From: Haliotis cracherodii | Lineage: Eukaryota | Reading direction: 5' to 3' | Assembly (NCBI RefSeq): GCF_022045235.1 | Contig: NW_027266297.1 | Coordinates: 55,366,001 to 55,430,000 of the forward strand | Length of the DNA: 64,000 bases | Shown here: one piece after another, positions 47,151 through 60,250 of the stretch | Position numbering within the stretch: the stretch's first letter is position 1 | How the letters are laid out: the number at the start of each line of letters is the position of its first letter | The notes under the pieces: model-generated | The model's database searches: none | Seen by the model: only the letters and a program-made list of their open reading frames with translations | What the model was told of the DNA's origin: nothing | Made by a program: the position numbers and the translations under genes

Positions 47151-49687
47151 CATGAGTGCGAATGATTCCGACAACGATTTATTTGTCACACAAAATAGTT
47201 TCACGAACACTTTTGAGGTGGACTTTAATTCAGATTTTGAAACTTTACTAAATTTGGATTCAAATGAACTTCCAAACTTTGATGTTGGTAAATGTGAGTT
47301 GATTGATCTCGAAGGGTTTTCCTCAGGTTCTGACACGGATCTGTACAAAGCAAGCCAAGCAATTGAATCTAACCTTGTTAATATGCTACACTGTAACACT
47401 CGCTCGCCATTAACTTCATCAGAAATACCCCAATCACTGGCGCTTCCGAACAAAGCGTAGATTCAAGTTTAGCAAGGTTTGCCAAGCCAACATCTGATTT
47501 TGACATTAAGAAGTTGTGTGATTCAGCATACTCATCGAATACTGAAAACAAGAGTATGTGGGCAGTTCGCTTGTTTCAAGGGTGGGTGAAGAGGGGCTGA
47601 ACAGAGGACATGGTATTGAACCCTGACACCGTGTCACTGGCTCAGGAAGAAAGGAAGTATAAAATATTTACATATTTTATGATTGAGGTCAGAAATCAGA
47701 AGGGCAAGGAATATCGCGGAAATACTCTTTATGAAATTGTCACATCCCTACAATATCATATCAGAAGAAACGACAGTCAACTGATTTTTTTCGAATCTCC
47801 GATGTTTCAAGGATTAAGGTCCGTGCAAGATGCGAGAATGAAATATTTGGCAAGACACGGAATCGGGATAGAGAAAAGTCAGGCTGAAGTTGTCAGTGTG
47901 GACCAGGGAGACATGTTGTGGGAGAAGGGGATGCTGGGGGAGGGTACCCCCAATAGCTATTTGATACAATAGTGTCTTTAATTGGCCTCAGTTGTGCTCC
48001 GAGGGCTGGTGATGAGCACAGATATCTTAGAACGGGTCCGAATTCACGGTTCGAAATAACAGTAGGTGCTGATGGGTTGAAATGTCTAAAATATATGGAA
48101 GATGTGTCCAAAACAAACAGAGGTGGCTTAAAACATCGACAGTGTGAACGAAAATGCGTCAAAGTGGGCTAGAACTTGGAACGTCCAGAGAGGTGCCTTG
48201 TTCGGCTTTATGAAAAGTACATGTCACTCAGGTAAGTTATCAATGAATTTGACAGTAAAATTTAATGGTAATGATATCAGTGAAGTAATTTTTAAGAGTA
48301 TATTGGCAAGTTGATTTAACTGTCTTGGAATTTTCTACTCAAGTGTTCATAACACGTCACCTATTCATTACAATTTAGTGACGCAATTTCCGGAGTAGAA
48401 TAGGTCCTCGGTATACCCTGGCTGTTCTAAAAGGCGACATAATAGGAGTGGGGTAAGTGGTAATGTTATGTGTTCTGATTGTTGGCGAGCCTTCGTAGAT
48501 CGTTGCTCATGCCGTCAGCCACTGGCGGTCTGGTCCAGAACTGCTCTATATGTTTTCCCGTTTATATTTATTAATAGGCGGCCGCGATATAACTGCAATA
48601 TTGCTGAAAGTGGCATGACCAACCAATTATATTTGATCCCAATGGTGTACACGTGACTTAACGTTGAAGCAATACATATTTCAGCATTGATGGTAAACGT
48701 GAACAATATTTAACTATGATGTCAAACTATATTGGGACGTCATTAAGTTTAATGACGTTAACAAAATGAAGTTCACACCCCTGTGCGCGGGGCATTGTCA
48801 TTACTGACTTTAACTCGATCGTGTTTAGACATTGAAAATACATGTGTGTATAATAATTGGTTTATTTTTATGTTATTTTCAGACCTAAAGACGGAAAATG
48901 CACTGCTTTTACTTGAGGCCCTTGACATTTGTGAGAGATAATACATGGTATGCTGACATTCCGATTGGATTACATCCTTTAAGAGGCACTATCGGAAGAC
49001 TGTGTAAAGTGGCAGGTTTTAGTGGTGGCTATTCCAACCACTCCTTGAGGGCCACCACTGCAACACGTCTGTATGACTCTGGCCTAGACGAACAGCTTAT
49101 CGCTGGGAGGACAGGGCACAAGTCTGTGGCAATACGAAGCTACAAGGTATGGTTTGTTGATACATTTGCGCTGGTTTGTATTATATGCTTGTCCTCAAAA
49201 TACTAGTAATAGTCAAGTTATCGAACGGAAAGCTCAGTTCTGCGGGGGTCACTTTGAAAAAGAACAAATTTTCGTATATGTGTGATATCTAAAACATGAC
49301 AATGAAAAATCTAGTATTTAGTTTAAGTATAAGGGGTGGTGGTTAATGAAAGGAAAATGTTTTGGATGGCGCCAAATATGAATGTATATCGTTCATTACA
49401 CGGATTAAACAAACCCGACCATTTCCATAACCGAAATGCATTAATTTATTATTTAATCGTAGAGGACATCTGCGGAGATGGAAGCCCGTGTTGACAACAT
49501 CATTCAGAGGAAATCAAGTAAACCTGCATCCCCAACTGTGTCGACAGTAATCAGATCTACGTCAACGGCATCAACTGCATCAACTTTGACCAGTACCAAA
49601 GAGACTGATGATGACACAGGTTCGAGGAATGAACGTGATCTTAAATTGGTTCTTATGGATGGCGTTGTTCTGTCTCTAACATTCTGA
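47151..49687 (+). pseudogene. Crypton-type tyrosine recombinase (DUF3504/ZMYM-KCTD1-related), 3 exons, disrupted
   Basis: Motifs RFAKP..NTENKSMWAVRLFQGW, EVRNQKGKEYRGNTLY, RAGDEHR, YMEDVSKTNRGGLKHR, PERCLVRLYEKY, FYLRP, WY...PIG, NHSLRATTATRLY, TGHKS and RSYK|RTS. GT-AG introns at 48232-48882 and 49147-49462. Several stops and frameshifts. AATAAA at 49689-49694. Confidence 0.88.
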
Positions 49688-50094
49688 GAATAAACGTTGG
49701 GTCAACAGTGATATAATCTTGTTATATTTTGCTGAAGTTAGTGAAGATTATAGGACACATTTCCTGTATCTTCTCCCGAGAATGTATCACAAAATAATTT
49801 TGCAAAAATCATGCTGTACTATGGGAGGGTGATCGCTCATTTTTAACTACAGGAGGGGAACCTTTCAAGGAAGACTGTGGGACGATTTAGTACCCATACT
49901 CAAACTTTTGGAGTGTTAGCAAAATGATTGCATTTACCCAACTGTCATTAAAGTTCCCGTAACTTTGTTTTAATTCCGATTATATACCTCTCTGACGGAG
50001 ATTGGCATGTGGAAAAGCAGAATGAATTTTGTAAGATTTTAATCAGAATTACTCTGGAACTGCCATAGTGAAAAACGCTATATAGTGTCATCTA

Positions 50095-52024
50095 CAGTCC
50101 GTTTGACTCCAAATGAGAACGATGAATTACAAAATAACTCGAAATCCAGAAAAGTGTATGAAACATCAATACGGTACTTGACCATGAATACCCTGTACCC
50201 AACAAAATCTGAATTATGTTTATTTTAAGACCCATGACGGATGAAGTTCTTTAAGAAACTATCATGTAATTTTGTATAGAAATGTGTACATGACACGTAG
50301 GGGGACAAACCGTGGAAGGCACAGCGCAAGCACGGTCTGCACGTGCTACACAGTGACCGTGTTCATTCATTGACAAGATGCGCTACTCAGCAGATGTTAA
50401 ACAGTTGATGTTGAATGTGTATGATTTCTGTAGAAGTGTAGCAGAAAGAACAAAGCCTTTTTATGCAAATAATAAATTCTTGAAACGAGCTTCAAAAGCT
50501 CCAAAAGCTCTTGGTATGTCCCCTCAGAAACTTAAAAATGTTGTTAGTCGACGAGATACAAATAGTCAGGCCAAGGAGGTAGGGAACATGTCAAAACCAC
50601 GCAAGGTTGATAAATTAGACAGTTTTCAGAGGGATCAAGTCAGACGTGCAATTCTTAAACTGCACTCAGAAAATAAGTACCTGTCCCTAAGAATTTTGAA
50701 GAAACACCTTGAAACTGACCATGATTTACGTGTTCCAAAGTACAAACTATGGCAGCTGTTGCATACATTTGGTAACAAATACAAAAAGATAACTGGAGAA
50801 AATAGGGCTGTGTTGTGTGAACGGTCTGACATTGTTCGTCTCCGAAATCATTACCTTCGTACCATCAAGCAGAAACGTGAAGAAGGATATGAGCCCGTCT
50901 TCTTAGATGAGACATGGGTAAATGCGTCACACACAGCCAGCAGTCAGTGGGTACCCAGTGGTGACTGTAAAGAGTCTGGTAGAAAGTCACCAATGGGAAA
51001 GGGTGAAAGACTCATAGTTCTCCATGCTGGTTCTGCTAGTCAGGGTTTTCTCCCTGACTGTGACCTCGTCTTTAGAGCCAAGGCCAAAGACAACAGGGAC
51101 TACCACACAGAAATAAACGGCAATGTATTTCTGGAGTGGGTGAAAGATAAATTAGTCCCTACTTTGCCTACCAAGTCTCTCATGTCATGGACAATGCAGG
51201 GTATCATAGTGTGCAGGATCAAGAAAGCAAGACTCCAACCTCTAATAACCGTAAAGGAAACATGGTTACTTGGCTGCAACGAAGGAACATTACCTTTCCT
51301 TCTCGAGCGACGAAACCACAGCTCTATGAAATCATTAAAACTATGAAACCTGACCCCGTGTATAAAGTTGAGTTACATCAAGGGTCAGGGTCACGCTGTC
51401 TTACGACTGCCACCTTATCACTGCGACCTGAATCCAATCGAGTTGGTATGGGGCATCGTCAAGGGTGACGTTGGACGATCGAACACAACGTTCAAATTAC
51501 GAGACGTTGAACAACTCGTAAAGAAATCCCTTGGTCGGGTAACAGTAGAAACACGGAGGCGTTGTGTGGCCACAGTCGTTGACGAGATAGAGCCACGTTA
51601 TTGGTCACGAGATGGACTACGGCCAGCAACAGTCCAACCTATAATAGTGGCAGTCGGTTCAGGCACCAGCAGTTCCGACGACGAGATCTATGGCATGAGC
51701 GAGTCAGATTGCGACCGAAATTATCATGAGACGGCCCCTCTAAGGCTCGGTCATTTCCCCTACCACATAACGTGCAGTGCATGCGTGCTTGCGCTGTGCC
51801 TTCCACGGTTTGTCCCCCCTACGTGTCATGTACACATTTCTAAACAAAATTACATGATAGTTTCTTAAAGAACTTCATCCGTCATGGGTCTTACAATAAA
51901 CAAAATTCAGATTTTGATGGGTACAGGGTATTCATGGTCAAGTACCGTATTGATGTTTCATACACTTTTCTGGATTTCGAGTTATTTTGCAATTCATTGT
52001 TCTCATTTGGAGTCAAACGGACTG
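50095..52024 (+). mobile_element. IS630/Tc1/mariner DNA transposon, Sailor-like (about DD83E), with about 250-bp TIRs and TA TSD
   Basis: TIRs CAGTCCGTTTGACTCC... at 50095-~50345 and ~51770-52024, flanked by TA on both sides. Transposase 50378-~51720 with FLDETWVN, DYHTEING, MDNAGYHS and LRLPPYHCDLNPIELVWG. Frameshifts near 51180 and 51370. Confidence 0.92.
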
Positions 52025-52292
52025 TAAGTGGGTATTCACCCCGACTGAACATGTCATTTCTACAATTTGAATTAGGGGTAGACTGAGTGCGCAAACTGTT
52101 CGAAACCGTCTGAGAACTGCTCATCTTTTCTGACGATTCTGACTCAATTACACAGACGTCAACGTCAATTGTGAAACTTACTTTGAATGTCAGCTGGTTC
52201 AAACTTACCTATTTAATCAGCATCTTACTTTCTTCGTGGCTCACTTAACTTACAAAGAATATATTGTAAATATAGACAGACATATGGGTTTG

Positions 52293-52664
52293 TCCGGAGG
52301 CCTTTTAGGGACATTTGTTTATATATTTTTTTCTTAAAATTTCAAAATGCTAATATGAAATTTCAAGTTACTAAGCTGAAAATTCAACTTATTATCTTGA
52401 AATTTCGACTCGGTATCTTGAATTTCAACATAGCATATTGAAATTTCAATATAGTATCTTAAAGTTCCAAGATAATAAGTTGAAATTTCAAGTTAAAATC
52501 TTAAAGTTTCAACTTATTATCTTGAAATTTCAATATAACATCTTGAAATTTCAACCTAGTACGTATCTTGAATTTTCAACTTAGCATAATGAAATTTCAA
52601 TATAACATCTTGAAATTTCAAGAGAAAAATAAAAAAAAACAAATGGCCATAAAAAGCTTCCGTA
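52293..52664. mobile_element. Non-autonomous DNA element with about 28-bp imperfect TIRs and internal 21-bp repeats
   Basis: TCCGGAGGCCTTTTAGGGACATTTGTTT versus AAACAAATGGCCATAAAAAGCTTCCGTA. The interior is an array of roughly TATCTTGAAATTTCAACTTAG units. Confidence 0.65.
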
Positions 52665-52692
52665 AAATTCATTAGCTACAATACTTGAACTA

Positions 52693-53946
52693 TACTGAAC
52701 AACAAAAGTTCCTGTGACATTGAATAAGATTGAATGCAAAGTTATGTGTTTTACCAAATCTGAAACAATTTCGGTTTGCAACAGATAAGACTCCTGTAGG
52801 TGTTCAAATGGTTTAATTTGCCATACTGACTTCAGAAAATGCGTGATTTCATAAAAAAAAACATGAACATGCCAAAATGTCAATTTACAAATCAATAGCG
52901 TGTGTGTCGTCCTCTGGTTGCGATGCAAGCAATATGAGGCCGGGCGTTGTCACGTTGAAAGGTAATGCCTGGGCCATGACGGTGCAAAACGGTAGAACAA
53001 CAGGCCCGATCTTCTTCCATGACACAATGATTGACGTAACGTTCACATCGACGTCGGTACTCTCGAATCCGTCCATCGCTGTGGCTGAGGTGAAAACGAG
53101 ACTCGTCAGTGAATAGAACTTGTCCCTCCTGCATAGCCGTCCAGTGTAGACGCTGTCTGAACCACTGTAGACGTGCTTGACGGCGGTTTCCTGTCAAAAT
53201 GGGTCTTTTGGCGACAATCCCTGCACATCTGAAGCGACGACGTACGGTTTGTGAAGATATTCGTCGAAGGCCAGGGATGCTTCTTGCAGTCACTGTTGCT
53301 GGCTGGAATCGATTCCGTAGGTGTGTTGTTCGAATCCAGTTGTCTTGTCGATTATTGGTTGCGCGTGGCCTGCCACTCCGAGGATGGTCTCTGACTGCAT
53401 TCGTCTGTTGACAACGTTGCCATAAACACCAAATGGTGTTTCTGCGGACGTTAAATTGTCTTGCAACATCACGTTGACTCGATCCTGCGTCAAGCATACC
53501 AATGGCTCGCAGACGCTCATTTCCGGACAGGCGTGGCATTTCGTAATGATGAATAATTGCGTAATTTTGTTGTTTTTCTGAGTGGTTGTTGTCAGCACGA
53601 TGCTAAACAATGCATATGGAATCCCGTAAGTGAGTGAGTGAGTTTGATTTTTACGCCGCCTTTAGCAATATTCCAGCAATATCACGGCAGGGGACACCAG
53701 AAATGGGCTCAATACATTGTACCCATGTCAGGAATCGAACTGGAATCCCGTTTACGCCCATGTTTTTATACCCATTCTTGGGTAGTGAAATGCAAGGGGC
53801 TTGCATTAAAGTCAACTTTTGCATGGAATGCATGCCTGTCTGTAGCAGTTGCGTTTTTGTGACTGGATTCCATACATGTACTGCAATATTGAAAGCCAAA
53901 CTTTACACTAAAATATTGGTGTCACAGGAACTTTTGTTGTTGAGTA
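52693..53946 (-). mobile_element. Tc1-like transposon, internally deleted, carrying a SINE insertion
   Basis: About 27-bp TIRs TACT(G/C)AACAACAAAAGTTCCTGTGACA flanked by TA. ORF 52892-53539 has paired-like HTH, SGRPR, VLFTDESRF, FQRDNARPH and a GRHTRY end, but lacks the PIE region. Confidence 0.9.
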
Positions 53947-55169
53947 TATAAACAGGAAGATTTCCTTTAAGGTACAGAGCCAATCTCATTAAAATCAGAT
54001 CTTAGTTCTCGCTATCGCTAAACAAAGATCTGAGGACATCCCATTACCAACCAAGTCAGCGAGCCTGACCACCCGATCCTGTTAGTCGCCTCTAACGACA
54101 AGCTTAGTAGCCTTTTACGGCAAGCTGAATAAAATACCAAATACGCTCACCATATTCATAATAAAAGTGTCAGGAACATACATATTCGGGAGTGTGATGT
54201 GTAACCTACATTCACATGATTGCCCGTCCTGGAGAATCAGATAATCGGAATTCACACATCATAGAAAATATCTAATTTACTTACACTATTCATGTACTCT
54301 TATTTATAAACAGATAAACAACAAACAAACATTAAATTGTAAACTACCTTGAAAGTAGCATGTCCTCAAAATGTGCCCACTTGCTTCCTGTTGTCTGTGG
54401 ACCAGACAATGCAATAGCTGACATCATCAGCGACCATAAAATGACATTGTATGGTCTCTGATATCATGTACAATGTCCACGTTGTTGGGGTATGTTGGCA
54501 GGCAATCAGCCGAGTCACCGTGACTTCCCGATCCATTTTGTCGAATCTTCCGACCAGGTTAGATTGCTAGGTCACCCTTAACTCGGAATCTTCACGGATC
54601 CCCACTGTACGTTGTTCTGTACAGTCTCGCAAGTATACCCCCTTGTGTATGTTGTTGTGTACAGTCGAGCACGTACCTCCGTTCGTGTGTGTTGTAATAT
54701 ATAGCCCGATCTATGACTTGCTAGTTAGATCTATCACTTGGAGGACCTCGTGTCCCAGTGGCGGGGTCATTGCTCGTGCTATCAACCACTGGTTTATCTG
54801 GTCCATACTCGAGTATTTACAGTCTGTCGTGTAAGGACTGGAATATTGCAGACTCACTTTATTCGCTGAGCTATCATCAGATGTGTTTGTCACTAAAACC
54901 CAAGGACACCCAGTTCCCTCAGTAACACACGGTGTCATGTTCCTACGTGTATGTTCTGAACTGAAGGCTGTGTACAATCGTATTATAAAATTGTTAATTG
55001 ATACTATTTTCTTCCCTCACTAAACTGACGATGTACTTAAATCGGCACAAAGCGGTGTACAACATGAGGGAAATCAACTTGAAGCGCTCATAAAATCAGT
55101 TAGACACGCCATATCATCAATAATATATTTGTCAAAGTATTTGTCTAACAACCAACTGTAACTAACATG

Positions 55170-58100
55170 CATGTACAACCCATGTATTACCCACTACCCA
55201 CTACCCACCTCCACCAATTTACGATCCACTACCCACTACCCACCACCCACGTGCGACCGACTACCACCACCCATGTACGACCCACTACCCACTACCCACC
55301 ACCCACGTGCGACCCACTACCACCACCCATGTACGACCCACTACCCACTACCCACCACCCACATGCAATCCACTACCACCACCCATATACGATCCACTAC
55401 CCACTACCCATCACCCCCACAACCCACTTGCGACCCCTCCCCACCACCCATGTGCGACCTAATACCCCCAACACCCATGTATGACCCAATACCCCAATCA
55501 CCCATGTATGACCCAATACCACCACCCATGTATGACCCACCACCCCCACCACCCATGTACGACCCACCACCCCCACCACCCATGTACGACCCAATACCCC
55601 CACTACCCATGTGCGACCCAATACACCCACTACCCATGTATGACCCAATACCACCACAACCCATGTATAACCCAATACCACCACACATGTATGACCCGCC
55701 ACCCCCACCACCCATGTATGACCCACCACCCCCACCACCCATGTATGACCCACCACCCCCACCACCCATGTACGACCCACCACCCATGTATGACCCAATA
55801 CCCCCACCACCCATGTATGACACCCCCCCACCACCACCACCCATGTATGACCCACTATCCACCACCCCACCACCCATGTACGACCCACCACCCCCACCAC
55901 CCATGTATGACCCAATACCCTCACCACCCATGTATGACCCAATACCCCCACCACCCATGTATGACCTAAAAACCACCCCCACCCATGTATGACCCACTAT
56001 CCACCACCCCACCACCCATGTATGACCCAATACCCCCACCACCCATGTATGACCCAATACCCCCACCACCCATGTACGACCCCCCACCCCCACCACCCAT
56101 GTATGACCCACCACCCCCACCACCCATGTATGACCCAATACCCCTACCACCCATGTATGACCCACCACCCCCACCACCCATGTATGACCCAATACCCCCA
56201 CCACCCATGTATGACCCACCACCCCCACCACCCATGTATGACCCAATACCCCTACCACCCATGTATGACCCACCACCCCCACCACCCATGTATGACCCAA
56301 TACCACCACCACCCATGTATGACCCAATACCCCCACCACCCATGTATGACCCACCACCCCCACCACCCATGTATGACCCAATACCCCCACCACCCATGTA
56401 TGACCCAATACCCCCACCACCCATGTATGACCCACCACCCCCACCACCCATGTATGACCCAATACCACCACCACCCATGTATGACCCAATACCCCCACCA
56501 CCCATGTATGACCCACCACCCCCACCACCCATGTATGACCCAATACCCCCACCACCCATGTATGACCCAATACCCCCACCACCCATGTATGACCCAATAC
56601 CCCCACCACCCATGTATGACCCAATACCCCCACCACCCATGTATGACCCAATACCCCCACCACCCATGTATGACCTACCACCCCCACCACCCATGTACGA
56701 CCCAATACCACCACCCATGTACAAACCACCACCCCCACCACCCACGTACGACCCTCCAACCCCACCACCCATTTACGACCTACTACATATCGGCCTCACC
56801 ACCCATGTACGACCCACTACCCACCACCCCAACCACCCATGTACGACAAACTACATACCACCCCCATCACCCATGTATGACCCAATACCACCACCACCCA
56901 TGTATGACCCAATACCACCACCCATGTACGACCCACCACCCTAACCACCTATGTACGACCCAATACTCCCACCACCCATGTGCGACCCAATACACCCACT
57001 ACCCATGTCTGACCCAATACCCCCACCACCCATGTACGAACCAATACCCCTACCACCAATGTATGACCCAATACCCTCACCACCCATGTATGACCCAATA
57101 CCCCCACCACCCATGTATGACCTAATACCACCCCCACCCATGTATGACCCAATATCCACCACCCCACCACCCATGTACGACCCAATACCACCACCCATGT
57201 ACGACCCACCACCCCCACCACCCATGTACGACCCACCACCCCCACCACCCATGTACGACCCAATACCACCACCCATGTACGACCCACCACCCCCACCACC
57301 CATGTACGACCCACCACCACCACCACCCATGTACCACCCACTACCCACCACCTCCACCACCCATGTACCACCCACTACCCACCACCTCCACCACCCACTA
57401 CCCACCACCCCCACCACCCATGTACCACCCACTACCCACCACCACCACCAACCATGTACAACCCACTACACACCACTCCCACCACCCATGTGCCACCCAC
57501 TACACACCACCCCCACCACCTATTTACCACCCACTACCCACCAACCCCACCACCCATGTGCCACCCACTACACACCAACCCCACCACCCATGTGCCACCC
57601 ACTACACACCAACCCCACCAACCATGTACCACCCACTACCCACCACCCCCACCACCCATTTACCACCCACTACCCACCACCTCCACCATCCATGTACCAC
57701 CCACTACCCACCACCTCCACCACCCATGTACCACCCACTACCCACCACCCCCACCTCCACCACCCATGTACCACCCACTACACATCACCACCACCAACCA
57801 TGTACAACCCACTACACACCACTCCCACCACCCATGTGCCACCCACTACACACCACCCCCACCACCTATTTACCACCCACTACCCACCAACCCCACCACC
57901 CATGTGCCACCCACTACACACCAACCCCACCAACCATGTACCACCCACTACCCACCACCCCCACCACCCATTTACCACCCACTACCCACCACCTCCACCA
58001 CCCATGTACCACCCACTACCCACCACCTCCACCACCCATGTACCACCCACTACCCACCACCCCCACCTCCACCACCCATGTACCACCCACTACACATCAC

Positions 58101-58525
58101 CACCACCAACCATGTACAACCCACTACACACCACTCCCACCACCCATGTGCCACCCACTACACACCACCCCCACCACCTATTTACCACCCACTACCCACC
58201 AACCCCACCACCCATGTGCCACCCACTACACACAAACCCCACGACCCATGTGCCACCCACTACACACCAACCCCACCAACCATGTACCACCCACTACCCA
58301 CCACCCCCACCACCCATTTACCACACACTACCCACCACCTCCACCACCCATGTGCCACCCACTACACTCCACCCCCACCACCCATGTACCACCCACTACC
58401 CACCACCCCCACCACCCATGTACCACCAACTACACATCACCCCTACCACCCATGTACGACTCGATCACTACACACCAACCCCACGACCCACCACCCCCAC
58501 CACCCATGTACCAGCCACTACAAAC
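55170..58525. repeat. C-rich compound minisatellite (24-27-bp units)
   Basis: Unit CCCATGTATGACCCAATACCCCCACCA, grading into CCATGTACCACCCACTACCCACCA variants. Confidence 0.95.
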
Positions 58526-58529
58526 CACC

Positions 58530-59490
58530 CATACTGGTCTGTACAGTACTGGATGCCCTTATAGATACTGAGCTGTACAGTACTGGATGCCCTTGATAGA
58601 TACTGGGCTGTACAGTATTGGATGCCCTTATAGATACTGAGCTGTACAGTACTGGATGTCCTTTATAGATAATTGGCTATACAGTACTGGATGCCCTTGA
58701 TAGATAAGGGACTGTACAGTACAGGATGCCCTTGATAGATACTGGACTGTACAGTACTGGATGCCCTTATAGATACTGAGCTGTACAGTACTGGATGTCC
58801 TTTATAGATAATGGGCTGTACAGTACTGGATGTCCTTTATAGATACTGGGCTGTACAGTACAGGATGCCCTTTATAAATGCTGGACTGTACAGTACAGGA
58901 TGCCCTTTATAAATACTGAACTGTACAGTACAAGATGCCCTTTATAAATACTGGACTGTACAGTACAAGATGCCCTTTATAAATACTGGACTGTACAGTA
59001 CTGGATGCCCTTTATAAATACTGGACTGTGCAGTACTGGATGCCCTTTATAAATACTGGACTGTACAGTACTGGATGCCCTTTATAAATACTGGACTGTG
59101 CAGTACTGGATGCCCTTGATAAATTCTGGACTGTGCAGTACTGGATGCCCTTTATAGATACTGGACTGTACAGTACAGGATGCCCTATATAGATACTGGA
59201 CTGTACAGTACAGGATGCCCTTTATAGATACTGGACTGTACAGTACAAGATGTCCTTCATAAATACTGGACTGTACAGTACAGGATGCCCTTTATAAATA
59301 CTGGACTGTACAGTACTAGATGCCCTTGATAGATAAGGGGCTGTACAGTACTGGATGCCCTTGATACATACTGGACTGTACAGTACTGGATGCCCTTGAT
59401 GGATAAGGGGCTGTACAGTACTGGATGCCCTTGATACATACTGGACTGTACAGTACAGGATGCCCTTAATAGATACTGGACTGTACACAT
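58530..59490. repeat. 35-bp minisatellite
   Basis: Unit TACTGGACTGTACAGTACTGGATGCCCTTTATAAA. Confidence 0.95.
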
Positions 59491-59969
59491 GGTACGGGAC
59501 TGAATACACATTATAGATAGAGCATGTGGTGTCTCCTCAGGCAAGTGACTTTGTTTGAAATGTGCCTGTTCACCCAGATACTTGGCTGTTCCTATGAAAA
59601 TGGTGCCCATTATTTAGATACAGATGTGTGTGTCAGCATTGATAGAAAGTGGACTGTTTGGAATTGTGTATGCGGATCCACACCTTGCTGCCATGATCTC
59701 CTACACACAGCACCTTCTCCCAGGTCTGTTTCAGACACTCATTCAGCAATCAAACACAAACACATTATGGGTAGTTTATGTAATTTAATCACAGACATGA
59801 TTACTTTACTACAAAGGAAACATAAGTCAGCAACATGTAGTACTGTTAGAAATCAACAAGTGCAAATTCTCATTTCTTTATATCTTTTCCTCCCACCCTC
59901 TCTCTGTCTCTCTATACCATCTGTTGATCAGACTCCTACTCCAGCCCCCAGGCTATCCAGACTATCCTA

Positions 59970-60250
59970 TGTCATCTCTGGGTACCACAGGCCAGAGTGG
60001 AGCCTAATATCTGGTCGCAACAGGCCAGAGTGGAGCCTAATCTCTGGGTACCACAGGCCAGAGAGGAACCTAATCTCTGGGTACCACAGGCCAGAGAGGA
60101 ACCTAATCTCTGGGTACCACAGGCCAGAGAGGAACCTAATCTCTGGGTACCACAGGCCAGAGTGGAGGCCATCTCAGGGTACCACAGGCCAGAGTGGAGC
60201 CCATCTCTAGGTACCACAGGCGAATGTGGAGCCTCATCTCTGGGTACTAC
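59970..60250. repeat. 33-bp tandem repeat
   Basis: Unit ATCTCTGGGTACCACAGGCCAGAGAGGAACCTA. Confidence 0.9.
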
